A DNA stretch of 51,073 nucleotides. Source: a virus (lineage: Duplodnaviria > Caudoviricetes). Location of the stretch: IMG/VR virus record IMGVR_UViG_3300037293_000449, positions 1-51,073 of that record; one strand, given 5' to 3'. Numbering within the stretch: position 1 is the first letter of the stretch; each line of letters starts with the position of its first letter. Below the pieces are notes generated by a model. That model was not told the origin of the DNA and did no database searches. It worked only from the letters and a program-made list of their open reading frames with translations. Shown here piece after piece: positions 8,099 to 17,832 of the stretch. Both the position numbers and the translations under genes were made by a program.

Positions 8099-9634
8099 AT
8101 GAGCTCTTTCGGGAACGTTATGGGCCGTGCCCTGGACTTCGGGAGAGCCATAGCTGCAGCCAGGGTTATCTGGAAGCCAACCAAAGGCTCTCAAGAGATG
8201 TTCCTGATGCTTGGGCAATTGTTGTCACTCGTGATCGAAGTGATGTTCCATGGCGGTCGTGGCATCGGTAAGTCCGAGGTCTTGATCATCGCTTACCTGA
8301 TCCATGTCGGCCAAGGATGGGGCAGCAGCTGGACAGGAGTGATCTTTAAGAAAGAGTACAAGCCACTACGCAATCTCATAGCCACCTCTAGGAAGATCAT
8401 CCCTCGAATTTTCCCTGATGCCGTTTGGAACAAGTCTGAATGCTCATGGACGTTCGCTACCGGCGAGGTGCTGTATTTCGGCCACATCAAGAATATGGAG
8501 GATTACGAAAACAAGTACCACGGTCATGAGTACGCCTTTATCGGCTGGGACGAGCTGGCAACCTGGCGCGACCCTGACGTCTATGAAGCGATGATGTCGA
8601 CCCTGCGTACCGCTTTCATTCCTACCAAGCAGCAACCCAACATGCCACCACTTCAGGTCAGGTCAACCACCAACCCGTTCGGTGCTGGTAAGTGGTGGGT
8701 TTACGAGCGTTTCCTTGAGGGCAAACGGCCCGGCGAGATCACATACAACAAGGATGGCTCCCGTCAAAGGTGTGCAGTCTTCGGCACAATTTTTGAAAAC
8801 ACTTACATAAGCAAGAGCTACATCACGAACTATCTACATCAGATTACCGACCCGGCTCTCAAAGCTGCCTGGCTGCATGGCGATTGGGAAGCTGTCGATA
8901 TGAGTGCGATGTTCGGGCCAGTGTGGTCAGCCGAGAACCTGATTCTTGATCCGTTCGAGATTCCGCGTGCCTGGAAAGTAGATAGGTCATTCGACTTCGG
9001 CCAGTCCACACCTTTCTGCTGCCTGTGGTACGCGGAAGCCAATGGAGAGTCGGTCACTATCAATGGCAAGCAATTCTGCCCGCCGAAGGGGTCACTGATC
9101 GTTGTAGGTGAAGACTACGGCACTGAGATTGACCCTAAGACAGGCAAGCAAACCAAAGCAGATGCTGGCCTTTACCTTCCAGCCAATCAGATCGGGGTAA
9201 GACTCAAGGCCAGAGAAGACAAGCTCCTGACGACCGTGTTTAAGAACCACCAGAAAGTCCAACCTGGCCCCGCAGACAACCAAATTCACAACGGCTCGAA
9301 GGTTGATCAGGGTAATGCACCCACGGTAGCTAAAGAGCTCAAAGCAGCTGGCATGGAGTTCGTCAATTCAGACAAGAGCCCTGGCTCTCGCGTGACCTCG
9401 GCCCAGTTGATGTTCGACAGGCTTCATGCCACGAAAACTCAAGACCCGAGTAAGCCTCATATCTACTTTTTCAAGTCCTGCAAGTTTGCTCTCAAAACCC
9501 TACCTAACTTGCATCGAGACGAAGATCAGCCTGATGCAGTTGGTAAAGGCCCTGATGACCATGCATGGGATGCGCTGGCTTACCGCTTAACTTGGAAACG
9601 CCCAGTAACTTCGATTCAACAAGGCATTCGCTAG
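8099..9634 (+). CDS. terL: Terminase large subunit
   Basis: HGGRGIGKS Walker A, IGWDEL Walker B, TTNP, nuclease DFG and DHAWDALAY. Confidence 0.93.
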   Translation: MSSFGNVMGRALDFGRAIAAARVIWKPTKGSQEMFLMLGQLLSLVIEVMFHGGRGIGKSEVLIIAYLIHVGQGWGSSWTGVIFKKEYKPLRNLIATSRKIIPRIFPDAVWNKSECSWTFATGEVLYFGHIKNMEDYENKYHGHEYAFIGWDELATWRDPDVYEAMMSTLRTAFIPTKQQPNMPPLQVRSTTNPFGAGKWWVYERFLEGKRPGEITYNKDGSRQRCAVFGTIFENTYISKSYITNYLHQITDPALKAAWLHGDWEAVDMSAMFGPVWSAENLILDPFEIPRAWKVDRSFDFGQSTPFCCLWYAEANGESVTINGKQFCPPKGSLIVVGEDYGTEIDPKTGKQTKADAGLYLPANQIGVRLKAREDKLLTTVFKNHQKVQPGPADNQIHNGSKVDQGNAPTVAKELKAAGMEFVNSDKSPGSRVTSAQLMFDRLHATKTQDPSKPHIYFFKSCKFALKTLPNLHRDEDQPDAVGKGPDDHAWDALAYRLTWKRPVTSIQQGIR

Positions 9635-9703
9635 TCTCAGAAGTTTGCCGTCAAACAAAGTACAACAGTTGTAGCCAAATAATAATAAGAATAGGCGCTA
9701 TAT

Positions 9704-11020
9704 ATGTCAGTTAGTCAACGCACTTTGCGCTGCCAGAAATACTATCAAGATCGTGAAATGATTCGTGCTATTCGCGGAGGCACCGAATCCCTGCGTGCTG
9801 CTGGAACTAAATACCTGCCAAGAGAGCCTGGGGAAACTGCTGATTCCTACAAGCGCAGGCTGGCACGATCATTCCTGTCCAATTACACAGACAAAACCGC
9901 TCGGAACTTGGCATCGAAACCCTTCACCAGACCAATCGTTGTTAAGAGCGAGAAGTACCAGGATCTTGCGGATGAGTACATGAAGGCTGTAGACGGTAAG
10001 GGTTCGAACCTTAATGGGTTGTGCTCTACCGCATTTGAAGACGCACTGTGGAACGGATCGTCATTCATTGCGATTGATGCCGCCGTTGATGGTGGTCGGC
10101 CATACGCATACCACCTTAGCGGCGATAACATCCTGGGCTACAAGCTTGATGAAGATGACAGGCTCACTGAAATACGCATCCAAGAGAAAGCCATAGTCGC
10201 AGACGGCCCATGGGGAGAAAAGGAGGTATCTCGCATCAGGGTATTCAAGCGCGACGGTGAGGTCGTAACCTGGTCTCTTTATGATGGTGATGCAGGAAAC
10301 GACGAAGCTATAGTTCTCGATCAACCGTTTGCACTCAAAGAGATTCCTGTGGTTGCGGTGCATTCGTCTGCCGTAGTCTCAAGTGGTGAGCTGTTTGCGA
10401 ATCCACCACTGAAAGACTTGGCGTTCGTGAACGTCCAGCACTTCCAGGAATCGTCTGATCAGTCAAACATCCTGAAGATCGCCAAATGCCCGATTCTATT
10501 TGCGTCAGGCGTGGCGGATGATGCTGAGATCGCTATTGGCTCTGAATATGCGATCAAGGGGGACGTGAATGCCGATCTCAAATACGTTGAACACTCGGGG
10601 GCAGCGATTGGCTCTGGACGTGATTCGCTTAGAGACCTAGAAGCCAAAATGCAGTCCTTTGGCTCGGATCTTCTTGAGAACTCCGGGGCTGTAGAGACTG
10701 CAACCGGGCGAGCCCTAAACGCTGGGGAGAACAACAACAGGATTGCGATGATGGCATTGAATCTGGCGTCAGCGGTCGAAAAGGTGTTTGGCTGGATTGC
10801 ATATTTCAACAAGATCGCTGAGCCTGATTTTCACGTCGACATCAATACCGAGTACGGAATCAACACCTCTGCTGAAGAGTTCACTGCCTTGGCCAACGCA
10901 AGGACGATGGGTGATTTGTCGCAAGAGGACTATCTCCAAGAGCTGAAGCGCCGTGGGTTGCTCAGGAATAATTTTAGCCTTGCTGACAATGCCGATAGGT
11001 TGTCGACAGAACTGGTATAG
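9704..11020 (+). CDS. Portal protein (DUF4055 family)
   Basis: YLPREPGET..SYKRRLARS, PPLKDLAFVNVQHFQESSD, ETAT; directly follows TerL. Confidence 0.88.
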   Translation: MSVSQRTLRCQKYYQDREMIRAIRGGTESLRAAGTKYLPREPGETADSYKRRLARSFLSNYTDKTARNLASKPFTRPIVVKSEKYQDLADEYMKAVDGKGSNLNGLCSTAFEDALWNGSSFIAIDAAVDGGRPYAYHLSGDNILGYKLDEDDRLTEIRIQEKAIVADGPWGEKEVSRIRVFKRDGEVVTWSLYDGDAGNDEAIVLDQPFALKEIPVVAVHSSAVVSSGELFANPPLKDLAFVNVQHFQESSDQSNILKIAKCPILFASGVADDAEIAIGSEYAIKGDVNADLKYVEHSGAAIGSGRDSLRDLEAKMQSFGSDLLENSGAVETATGRALNAGENNNRIAMMALNLASAVEKVFGWIAYFNKIAEPDFHVDINTEYGINTSAEEFTALANARTMGDLSQEDYLQELKRRGLLRNNFSLADNADRLSTELV

Positions 11021-11037
11021 CGCCTCCTGATTAGTCT

Positions 11038-11616
11038 GTGCCATCATCGTTGCCAGTAACGCCAGAGGCTAGGGATATGGTGAACGAGTTACCAGCAGAC
11101 TTTCTAGTATTCGCTAAACAGCTAGGGTTCACGTCACCTGAGCAGTGGGGCGTGAGCCGTGGAAAACTTCCAGATGGCTGGAAGAGAATTCAGCGTTACA
11201 TCATTTCTGGGCGATGTATTCGCGGGTTGATTCGCGACTTTGTTGCCAGAATGAATTCGTCCGATGATCACTACAGACGCAAGACCGGTGAGACCGGGAC
11301 GACAAGGGTCACACCAGTTTCCGCACAAATTCAGCTTTTTGAGAGTCTGTATCCACAGTTTGCTCCCAAAGCTCGCCCTCTGATGAAGCCTCCTGCTGAA
11401 TGCCAAGTTAAAAAACCGAAAGTTCGCAAGCCTAAGGTAAAGAAGCCGGTATTCGTACGTATCGGATTTGGCTTGGAGAGCACCTTTCGGTCTAGGAAAA
11501 TCGATAGGGATTGCGTGATTCTCGATGCTCACACTACGCCAATCGACAAAGCATCAAAAAGCATAATTTACGTACCAGGCTGGTCATTAGCAGGAATGCA
11601 GGGAGACGGAGATTAG
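11038..11616 (+). CDS. Hypothetical basic protein
   Basis: 192-aa ORF filling the gap; Lys/Arg-rich; start uncertain (11038 GTG or 11077 ATG). Confidence 0.55.
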   Translation: MPSSLPVTPEARDMVNELPADFLVFAKQLGFTSPEQWGVSRGKLPDGWKRIQRYIISGRCIRGLIRDFVARMNSSDDHYRRKTGETGTTRVTPVSAQIQLFESLYPQFAPKARPLMKPPAECQVKKPKVRKPKVKKPVFVRIGFGLESTFRSRKIDRDCVILDAHTTPIDKASKSIIYVPGWSLAGMQGDGD

Positions 11617-11681
11617 CCTCATTTGTTGCGCTAGATTTTCCAGTTCGTATACTGCTTCTATCCATTATCAAAGGTAATCAC

Positions 11682-12047
11682 ATGTCCCGTCTCGCAGAAT
11701 TCCGTCAGCTTGAAAAACACCTGGCTGAGCAGTTAGCCGCACTGGAAGCAATGAAAGGCGACGAAGGCCTGAAAAAGGAAGTGGAGTTCGAAACCAAGCT
11801 CCGCGCTTTGCTCGGCGAGTACAGCTACAGCTTGCGTAACGTCATCGCGATCCTTGACCCACAAGCATCGTCCCGCGCTCCAGCTGCGTCTGCTTCAAAA
11901 GCAACCCGCAAGGCTCGTGAGATCAAGATCTACAAAAACCCGAATTCCGGTGAGCTGATCGAGACCAAAGGCGGCAATCATCGCCAGTTGAAAGAGTGGA
12001 AAAATGAGTTCGGCGCTGACGTTGTTGAGTCGTGGCGCACTCAGTAA
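11682..12047 (+). CDS. MvaT/TurA family H-NS-like xenogeneic silencer
   Basis: MSRLAEFR...YKNPNSGELIETKGGNHRQLKEWK..FGADVVESW is the MvaT signature; TTGCGC-16-TATACT promoter at 11626..11653. Confidence 0.95.
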   Translation: MSRLAEFRQLEKHLAEQLAALEAMKGDEGLKKEVEFETKLRALLGEYSYSLRNVIAILDPQASSRAPAASASKATRKAREIKIYKNPNSGELIETKGGNHRQLKEWKNEFGADVVESWRTQ

Positions 12048-12067
12048 GATCGGTTTGAGTACAAACT

Positions 12068-12088
12068 AGGGCCCTGCGGGGCCCTTTT
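12068..12088 (+). terminator. Intrinsic terminator after the mvaT-like gene
   Basis: AGGGCCC-TGCG-GGGCCCT-TTT. Confidence 0.75.
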
Positions 12089-12102
12089 CGTAATCAAGGA
12101 AT

Positions 12103-12594
12103 ATGTTCATGGACGCTGGGACAAACATTACCCCCCCTCATTTCCAAAGTCATCTCGTCGAACTGGTCACCCGCTTCCGAGGTGCATTAGAGCATGTTAT
12201 AGCTGATGGCAAAGCGCCATTTAACATCGAGTGCTTTCCAGATGGCTGCTGTGGGATAACTACAGAGCTACTGGGTGACTACCTAAACTCTCTTGATATC
12301 GGTGAGTTCAAGTACGTTCGCGCAAAGAAAAGCACGTCGAGTCACGCCTGGCTCGAGGTTTATGGTCTGATCGTCGATATCACTAGCGACCAGTTTCCAG
12401 GAAGGCCGAGAATCTACGTAGATAAGCCGGACGCTTGGTATAACGAGTGGCGGGTTGAAGCAAAAGAAATAGCCAAGCATGATTCATTAGCATCGTTTTA
12501 TTTAGATGAGCGTAACTTTCTTCTTCAGGTAATAGAAGTAATGGAGGAGTCCACGCTCCCGACGCAGGCTGACAGAGACGTGCCGGCAGTATAG
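12103..12594 (+). CDS. Hypothetical protein with Cys-His-Asp (transglutaminase/papain-like) motifs
   Basis: FPDGCC...SHAWLE...VDITSDQF. Confidence 0.55.
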   Translation: MFMDAGTNITPPHFQSHLVELVTRFRGALEHVIADGKAPFNIECFPDGCCGITTELLGDYLNSLDIGEFKYVRAKKSTSSHAWLEVYGLIVDITSDQFPGRPRIYVDKPDAWYNEWRVEAKEIAKHDSLASFYLDERNFLLQVIEVMEESTLPTQADRDVPAV

Positions 12595-12695
12595 ATCGTC
12601 TGGGTGCAAGTGGCCCGAGTGGTCAGTTCTCAAAGGCGGTTGGGCGCCAGCAACTACTGCCTATTTAACAGCAATTGCGAACAGAGAGTAGTGAT

Positions 12696-13712
12696 ATGCA
12701 AAAGGAATTGGAGGCGGTTTTTTACGAGTGCCAGCACACTGGGGCGTTTAACGCTGGCCCAGCTAAAGTTCTAGCTATATTGATGAAGCACTATGGCGAA
12801 ACATGTGAAGCTTCAGGCTTTGTTTTGCATCATTTTTCAGGGATACGAGGATACAGGTTCAAAAGGGATGGAAAATGGTCATTTATCCCGACTGAAAAGA
12901 CGCCGCCCCAATCTTCAGGCCCCTTTCCATTCGCAAGCTTACTTGCCAGCAAGGATCTCTTGGTGCCTCCTCTTTTGATGCCTAGGCATATGGATATGAT
13001 ATGCAAGGCCATTAGGGCAAGTGCCGGAAATCCAAATAGCACAACAGTCGACTTCTGTCTAGCTGTCATTTATACGCCTTACGAAATGGGTAGATATTAT
13101 GAGGCTTTGTTCAATCAAGTTGACTCCTTTCAGCCGTATATGAACCATATCGACGAATGCATAAGGTCTTACCTGCTTGGTAATATTTCGGTATCCATCT
13201 CTGGTATGTTGTTAGCGGCAGAAGGTATCTTGAGGAAAATTGGTGAGAAAATAGACGGACGGTTCTCGGGCATTACAAGCAAAGATCAGTTTGTTAACGT
13301 TCTAAATAAAATAGAGGATCGGGTAACTAGCACTGCTTACTCAGAGTGCGATGTGCCAGGCTTTATGCGAGACCGCGACTATCTGGTGAATTTTGACGAG
13401 CGTATAGCGCTTATAGACGGCTTCAAAAAGTATTTTGCCACCAGACTTTACGAAAACACTAAGGATGTGACGGGTTCAATTGATATGAATAGACACAGCA
13501 TTCTTCATGGCTTGTCAATGAGTTTTAATAAGCCCATAAATTTCTACCGCTTATTCATTATGTTAGTCTTTTTGGCTTTTATTAGTGTTGTGTTGGGGCA
13601 CTCGCGGGCTTCATGCTTTGTATCAGAAACAGACAAGTCAAAGAAGAAAAGCGAATGTTATGACGAATTGGCTGGCATCGGATCTCTCTTGAAAGCCAAA
13701 TACCCTGTTTAG
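12696..13712 (+). CDS. Hypothetical protein with a HEPN-like R-x4-H motif
   Basis: C-terminal helical domain with AEGILR and NRHSILHG; AT-rich gene. Confidence 0.55.
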   Translation: MQKELEAVFYECQHTGAFNAGPAKVLAILMKHYGETCEASGFVLHHFSGIRGYRFKRDGKWSFIPTEKTPPQSSGPFPFASLLASKDLLVPPLLMPRHMDMICKAIRASAGNPNSTTVDFCLAVIYTPYEMGRYYEALFNQVDSFQPYMNHIDECIRSYLLGNISVSISGMLLAAEGILRKIGEKIDGRFSGITSKDQFVNVLNKIEDRVTSTAYSECDVPGFMRDRDYLVNFDERIALIDGFKKYFATRLYENTKDVTGSIDMNRHSILHGLSMSFNKPINFYRLFIMLVFLAFISVVLGHSRASCFVSETDKSKKKSECYDELAGIGSLLKAKYPV

Positions 13713-13999
13713 TCACGTTGGCTTTCACGTTGCTTCAGCTCTTGGCAGCATATCTTCTTGTTGTCAAACCCCTCCATGCCCATCCCGGCGCACGAACTCT
13801 TTGTGTTGAGGCCTCGCAGCAATGACCTAGTCGCGGATTTGGTGCAAAGATCCAGCACGTGTGCATCAATACTCCTTGCAAGTACAGCAGCACTATTAGC
13901 TATGCCTCTATTGTACTGTGCCTTTTCTTTGGCCGTCCTGTTACGCATCAACCGCTCGCAAGAGTCGTCATTACACTCTATGTGAAGAAATTTGGTCAT
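13709..13999 (-). CDS. Hypothetical protein
   Basis: 96-aa ORF with leader AACAATAATAACGATAAAGGT. Confidence 0.6.
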   Translation of the reverse strand: MTKFLHIECNDDSCERLMRNRTAKEKAQYNRGIANSAAVLARSIDAHVLDLCTKSATRSLLRGLNTKSSCAGMGMEGFDNKKICCQELKQRESQRD

Positions 14000-14039
14000 A
14001 CAGAAACACCTTTATCGTTATTATTGTTTTGTTGTCAAA

Positions 14040-14237
14040 CTAATCATCCCGCCGCACTAGGTCTTTGTATCGTTCTCTTGCAGCAATTATCTGGTCGCGA
14101 ATTTCTTCCGGCTCGATGCTCATGCAGCCTCCGAGGGTCACCCGGAGGGTTTTGAGGGAGTTTGCGGCTAAGATGAACTGCTCTTCTTGGAGATCCCAGA
14201 CTGTCTTGGGCTTATCTTTTCTGAATAGCCAAAGCAT
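14040..14237 (-). CDS. Hypothetical protein
   Basis: 65-aa ORF tightly packed in a minus-strand series. Confidence 0.6.
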   Translation of the reverse strand: MLWLFRKDKPKTVWDLQEEQFILAANSLKTLRVTLGGCMSIEPEEIRDQIIAARERYKDLVRRDD

Positions 14238-14242
14238 GATCG

Positions 14243-14470
14243 CTATTCCGTTTCACAGACAAATAGCAAAGAACGCCACTCTTCACGCTTCCGATCTTCG
14301 AAATCAGCACGGCTATAGGCAGTAGTATCCTGATCGTCGAACTGGTGACTGACCGCGTCTGCCAAGTGCTCTTCAATCTGCTCGACCCTTGCAAGTTGAG
14401 CGTGGTCTTCTGTCTCGTATACCTCTCCAATAGATCCAGAACCTACATGAACCACTACATAACCAACCAT
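14243..14470 (-). CDS. Hypothetical acidic protein
   Basis: 75-aa ORF with GAGGA RBS upstream. Confidence 0.6.
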   Translation of the reverse strand: MVGYVVVHVGSGSIGEVYETEDHAQLARVEQIEEHLADAVSHQFDDQDTTAYSRADFEDRKREEWRSLLFVCETE

Positions 14471-14675
14471 GATATGTTCCTCGATAAGTGCTTATGTATT
14501 AAGCATGGCAGTGAGCTTTGAGTGGTTCAATAACTTTTTTCTACACTTTTTGAGGTTGTGCAGGAGATAAGGGGAATAGTGCTCTGAAACCCCTGAAAAC
14601 ACAGGTACGTATACCAGCGGCATACTCTTAAAATAATCTCCGCAGTTGCTTTGCTAACAAACCTTGGGTAAAGAA

Positions 14676-14695
14676 CAAGGCCCTGGAGGGCCTTG
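14676..14695. terminator. Probable terminator hairpin
   Basis: CAAGGCCC-TGGA-GGGCCTTG at the 3' end of the DUF4238 gene. Confidence 0.5.
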
Positions 14696-14696
14696 G

Positions 14697-15644
14697 TCAT
14701 TGGGTTTTTTGTGGTTTGGGTACCTTTGTTTTTTTGATGATGTCGGCAGTGTCACCGAAAACTGTCTGGTCGCTACGTAGAAGAATATTTCGGTTGAGCA
14801 ATTCAGCAAAGCTAACGTCCACCTCCATAACACCCACACCATACATGTCCGAATCATTGATCATGTAGGCCATGGTTGGAGATATAGGGAAGTAGAAGTC
14901 CGTATTTTCTGGCGGCACTCCATTAGGTTCGCAATCAAGGACATCAGGGTGGACGTTGATCACTGGATTGTCGCTAGTTAAGAATGGTGTGTCCGTTTTG
15001 TTGACTAACCATACAACATTTTTACGGTAGTAAAATCGGTCAATGCTGCAGCCAACATTAACCCCGAAGATTATACTTAAAAACCACCAGTTCTTATTGG
15101 TCAAGTCGAAAGCAGAATCCCCACTTAGTTTCATAGCCTGTGCAAAAGTATCTCGAAAAAATTTCGTTCGCGTAAATTGATGCCCGATATAGCTATGAAA
15201 ATTATGCCTGTTTTCGATTGAGTTCAGAATCGATAGCTTGCCATTCCGAAGGGCGTCCAGTATTGGTTTAACATCGTTCTCAATCTTTTCATGGATGTTT
15301 TCAATAGTATTTGATAGCAGGAGTTCACGCTTGCGGATGTCTTTTTCTTCGGTGAGGACAGAAATCCGGCAGGAATGTTCGATCATTTTTTCAAGAAAGG
15401 CATTGTGGAATTCTTGGAGATCGGCGTCAGCCTTGAATATCCAGCGCTGGATGAACTCTACATCAGCATCGTTAAGTGTGCTTATTTTGTAGAAATCCAT
15501 CTCACAAGCCAACCCTTGTACGGGATAGGAGCTAACGCCCTTTCTTGTCCTACGATAAATATCGACATTATTTTTAGACCATCCTCTAAGATAATGAGCC
15601 CAAATATAGTGATTGTTGCGTTTGATCATTTCGCTTTTCAGCAC
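14697..15644 (-). CDS. DUF4238 domain protein (candidate anti-phage)
   Basis: HYIWAHYLRGW at the N-terminus, FLTSDNPV and FYFPISP; AT-rich. Confidence 0.8.
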   Translation of the reverse strand: MLKSEMIKRNNHYIWAHYLRGWSKNNVDIYRRTRKGVSSYPVQGLACEMDFYKISTLNDADVEFIQRWIFKADADLQEFHNAFLEKMIEHSCRISVLTEEKDIRKRELLLSNTIENIHEKIENDVKPILDALRNGKLSILNSIENRHNFHSYIGHQFTRTKFFRDTFAQAMKLSGDSAFDLTNKNWWFLSIIFGVNVGCSIDRFYYRKNVVWLVNKTDTPFLTSDNPVINVHPDVLDCEPNGVPPENTDFYFPISPTMAYMINDSDMYGVGVMEVDVSFAELLNRNILLRSDQTVFGDTADIIKKTKVPKPQKTQ

Positions 15645-15649
15645 TTACC

Positions 15650-16129
15650 TTACCTTCCTTGTTCGGCAATATGAGACAAATAGATGTCAACGGTATTGCT
15701 AAGCGCCTGGGCATCTTGAAGCGCACGGTGCCCTTTGCGCACGGGAAGTAGCTTCAATATCTCAGACGCAGCTTCACGACCAACAAATGACTCAATCGGT
15801 TTGACTTCAAACGTTGGATCGATGCCCGCCGCTTCGTACAGCACGTCGAGCCAGAAACAATCTGCGGGGTTGTCGGAGCACAGGGTTTTGCCGTCAAACA
15901 GGTGGTTCATCCTTTCAGCCACCTGGATAGCCGGGGTGCCTTCATTCACCAGCTGCTCACGGGTGATCTGATGCATGTCCTGCGCGTCGTAGCTCCAGTG
16001 ATCCCAGTACGAGGCTGGCTGGATCAGGGCTTGATACTCACCACCAGTGAAGACCACGGCCACTTCGATTGGGTAGCTGTCGGGCGCAATGCCGGACGCC
16101 TCGAAGTCGATGAAATGTGTTGGCTTCAT
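15650..16129 (-). CDS. DEDD(h) 3'-5' exonuclease family protein
   Basis: FIDFEASG (ExoI), SDNPAD, HRALQDA (ExoIII). Confidence 0.75.
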   Translation of the reverse strand: MKPTHFIDFEASGIAPDSYPIEVAVVFTGGEYQALIQPASYWDHWSYDAQDMHQITREQLVNEGTPAIQVAERMNHLFDGKTLCSDNPADCFWLDVLYEAAGIDPTFEVKPIESFVGREAASEILKLLPVRKGHRALQDAQALSNTVDIYLSHIAEQGR

Positions 16130-16223
16130 GCCGGTCGTCCATGCCAAAAGGACATCTTCTCTGTGGCCAGGTTTGGAGTCAAACCGCGTTGCCTGGGCGC
16201 GGGCCCGGTGATAGGTTGCCGGG

Positions 16224-16703
16224 ATGACTCAGCCACTGTTCGACCTCGACCTTTCGCGTGTTACTCGTGAGCACTACATCACCGGTAAAGCTGCGATCAA
16301 TTTCCCGTATCCGGGGGTGACTACGGGGGGATGGCATTTCCTGTCCTACTGGGATCGGGAGTCAGGAGTGTGCAAAGTGTCGCTCGCGGGAATTCATTTT
16401 CCACACACGACGGCGTTCTTTGGTGACGCAGGGATCTTGGATTCAACCCAACTGCTAGCTGAGCGTGGGTGGCATGTTGAAGGAAATGCTGTCTGGATGG
16501 CTGATCACTTTAGGGCTGCAGCGGATCTAGTCGCTAGATGGGCTCTGAGCGAGTCTCAGCATTGCAGCGTGGAGATAGCGGACTGGTTTCCGGCTGATGA
16601 AGATCGGCAGCGCTTCCTTGAACTGCTGGCGGTTGGCAGTTCTGGGCTTCGTGAGGTCGGAAAACTTGATCGTGCTGAGCGATGGCTTTCGACTCAAAGC
16701 TAA
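16224..16703 (+). CDS. Hypothetical protein
   Basis: 159-aa ORF, divergent from the exonuclease gene. Confidence 0.6.
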   Translation: MTQPLFDLDLSRVTREHYITGKAAINFPYPGVTTGGWHFLSYWDRESGVCKVSLAGIHFPHTTAFFGDAGILDSTQLLAERGWHVEGNAVWMADHFRAAADLVARWALSESQHCSVEIADWFPADEDRQRFLELLAVGSSGLREVGKLDRAERWLSTQS

Positions 16704-17234
16704 TCAAGACCCAGCTGCGTTTCTGGCATCAATCCTGTCGAGCGAATGTACGTAATCGACCGGGATCTCGTAATCCGCATCGAGTGGCAGCTCGCGCTCA
16801 GACAGCAGCACCAACGGCAGGCGTTCAGTCCAGGGTCTCGCTATTGCGCTCTGCAGGTCTTTGTCGTCAAACCTTGTGATCGACGTGCCTGTTAGCACGT
16901 ATGAGTTGTAGCCGTGGCTCATGGCGTATTGGAGCTGGGTTTGGAATGAGAATCTGCCACCGGTTGTCTCGTTTCCGGCGCTCGTCAGGATTGTCCGGTG
17001 TTGATGCAGGAGGTTTTCTAGCATGCGGAGCTTCAGGTCGGGCAATGCTTGGCGGTGATCAGGTGCAAGCGGGAGCACTGGTGAGACCGGGTAGACGATG
17101 TCTGTGCCAGGTAGTTTGTGGAGGGAGCAATGGTAGATGAGGTCGCCGGAGTCCACGTGACGAACGCTGATATCAGTGCGGTCACTGTGTACTGACTGCG
17201 AAGCGTTGTAACCATGCGGCAGGGATAACAGCAT
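16704..17234 (-). CDS. Hypothetical protein
   Basis: 176-aa ORF with AGGA RBS; its stop abuts the stop of the previous gene. Confidence 0.55.
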   Translation of the reverse strand: MLLSLPHGYNASQSVHSDRTDISVRHVDSGDLIYHCSLHKLPGTDIVYPVSPVLPLAPDHRQALPDLKLRMLENLLHQHRTILTSAGNETTGGRFSFQTQLQYAMSHGYNSYVLTGTSITRFDDKDLQSAIARPWTERLPLVLLSERELPLDADYEIPVDYVHSLDRIDARNAAGS

Positions 17235-17283
17235 TCGTCATTTCCTAAAGCCCCTCTCGCAATGTAGAGAGGGGTTGGTCAGG

Positions 17284-17832
17284 CTACATGAACTTTGCAG
17301 TCGGTGGCATCGACGACGCTTCGCAGCCGCATCCGTGAACGCTGAAGAACTCGTCATCAGTTTGAGTACGATATTCTTCTTGGCGGCGCTGACGCTCTTT
17401 GATCCTGGCAATATCCTGGGCAGTCCAAACACTTGTCTCAGGATCGAAATCCTTATCCGTGGTACGTAGCGCGCTGACCGCTGCAACCTTGGCGTTAAGA
17501 CGATCAATCTCGTCTTGCTCAATTTTGATGAAACGCTTGCGGTTGAGGTCGATGAAATAGGCCTTGGTGCTGGCCATTTCCTTGCGGACTTCTTCCATGT
17601 CCATGCCGTCGAGCTTCTTCCCAAACTCAGCATTGCTGTAGCGGGTATGCAGCATGCGAACGTCGACCAGGTAATTGATAGATTCACCCTGGCTGAGATC
17701 TTTACCCATAGCTTTGAGTGTTTGATCAGCTGTCAGCAGGCTGCTGCCGTCAACTTTGGTGATTTTCGATTCGCCACACGCAGCGAGCATAACAATAGAC
17801 AACGCGAGTACCAGTTTTTTCACGAACTGCAT
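17284..17832 (-). CDS. Lipoprotein
   Basis: MQFVKKLVLALSIVMLAA-C lipobox; AAAGGA RBS before ATG 17832; hairpin at 17250..17275 downstream. Confidence 0.75.
   Translation of the reverse strand: MQFVKKLVLALSIVMLAACGESKITKVDGSSLLTADQTLKAMGKDLSQGESINYLVDVRMLHTRYSNAEFGKKLDGMDMEEVRKEMASTKAYFIDLNRKRFIKIEQDEIDRLNAKVAAVSALRTTDKDFDPETSVWTAQDIARIKERQRRQEEYRTQTDDEFFSVHGCGCEASSMPPTAKFM

Noticed and set aside
11511-11681. N-terminal extension of MvaT; likewise the long starts at 6425, 27395 and 17886
   Set aside because: Family homology and RBS start at downstream ATGs (11682, 6494, 27641, 17832).
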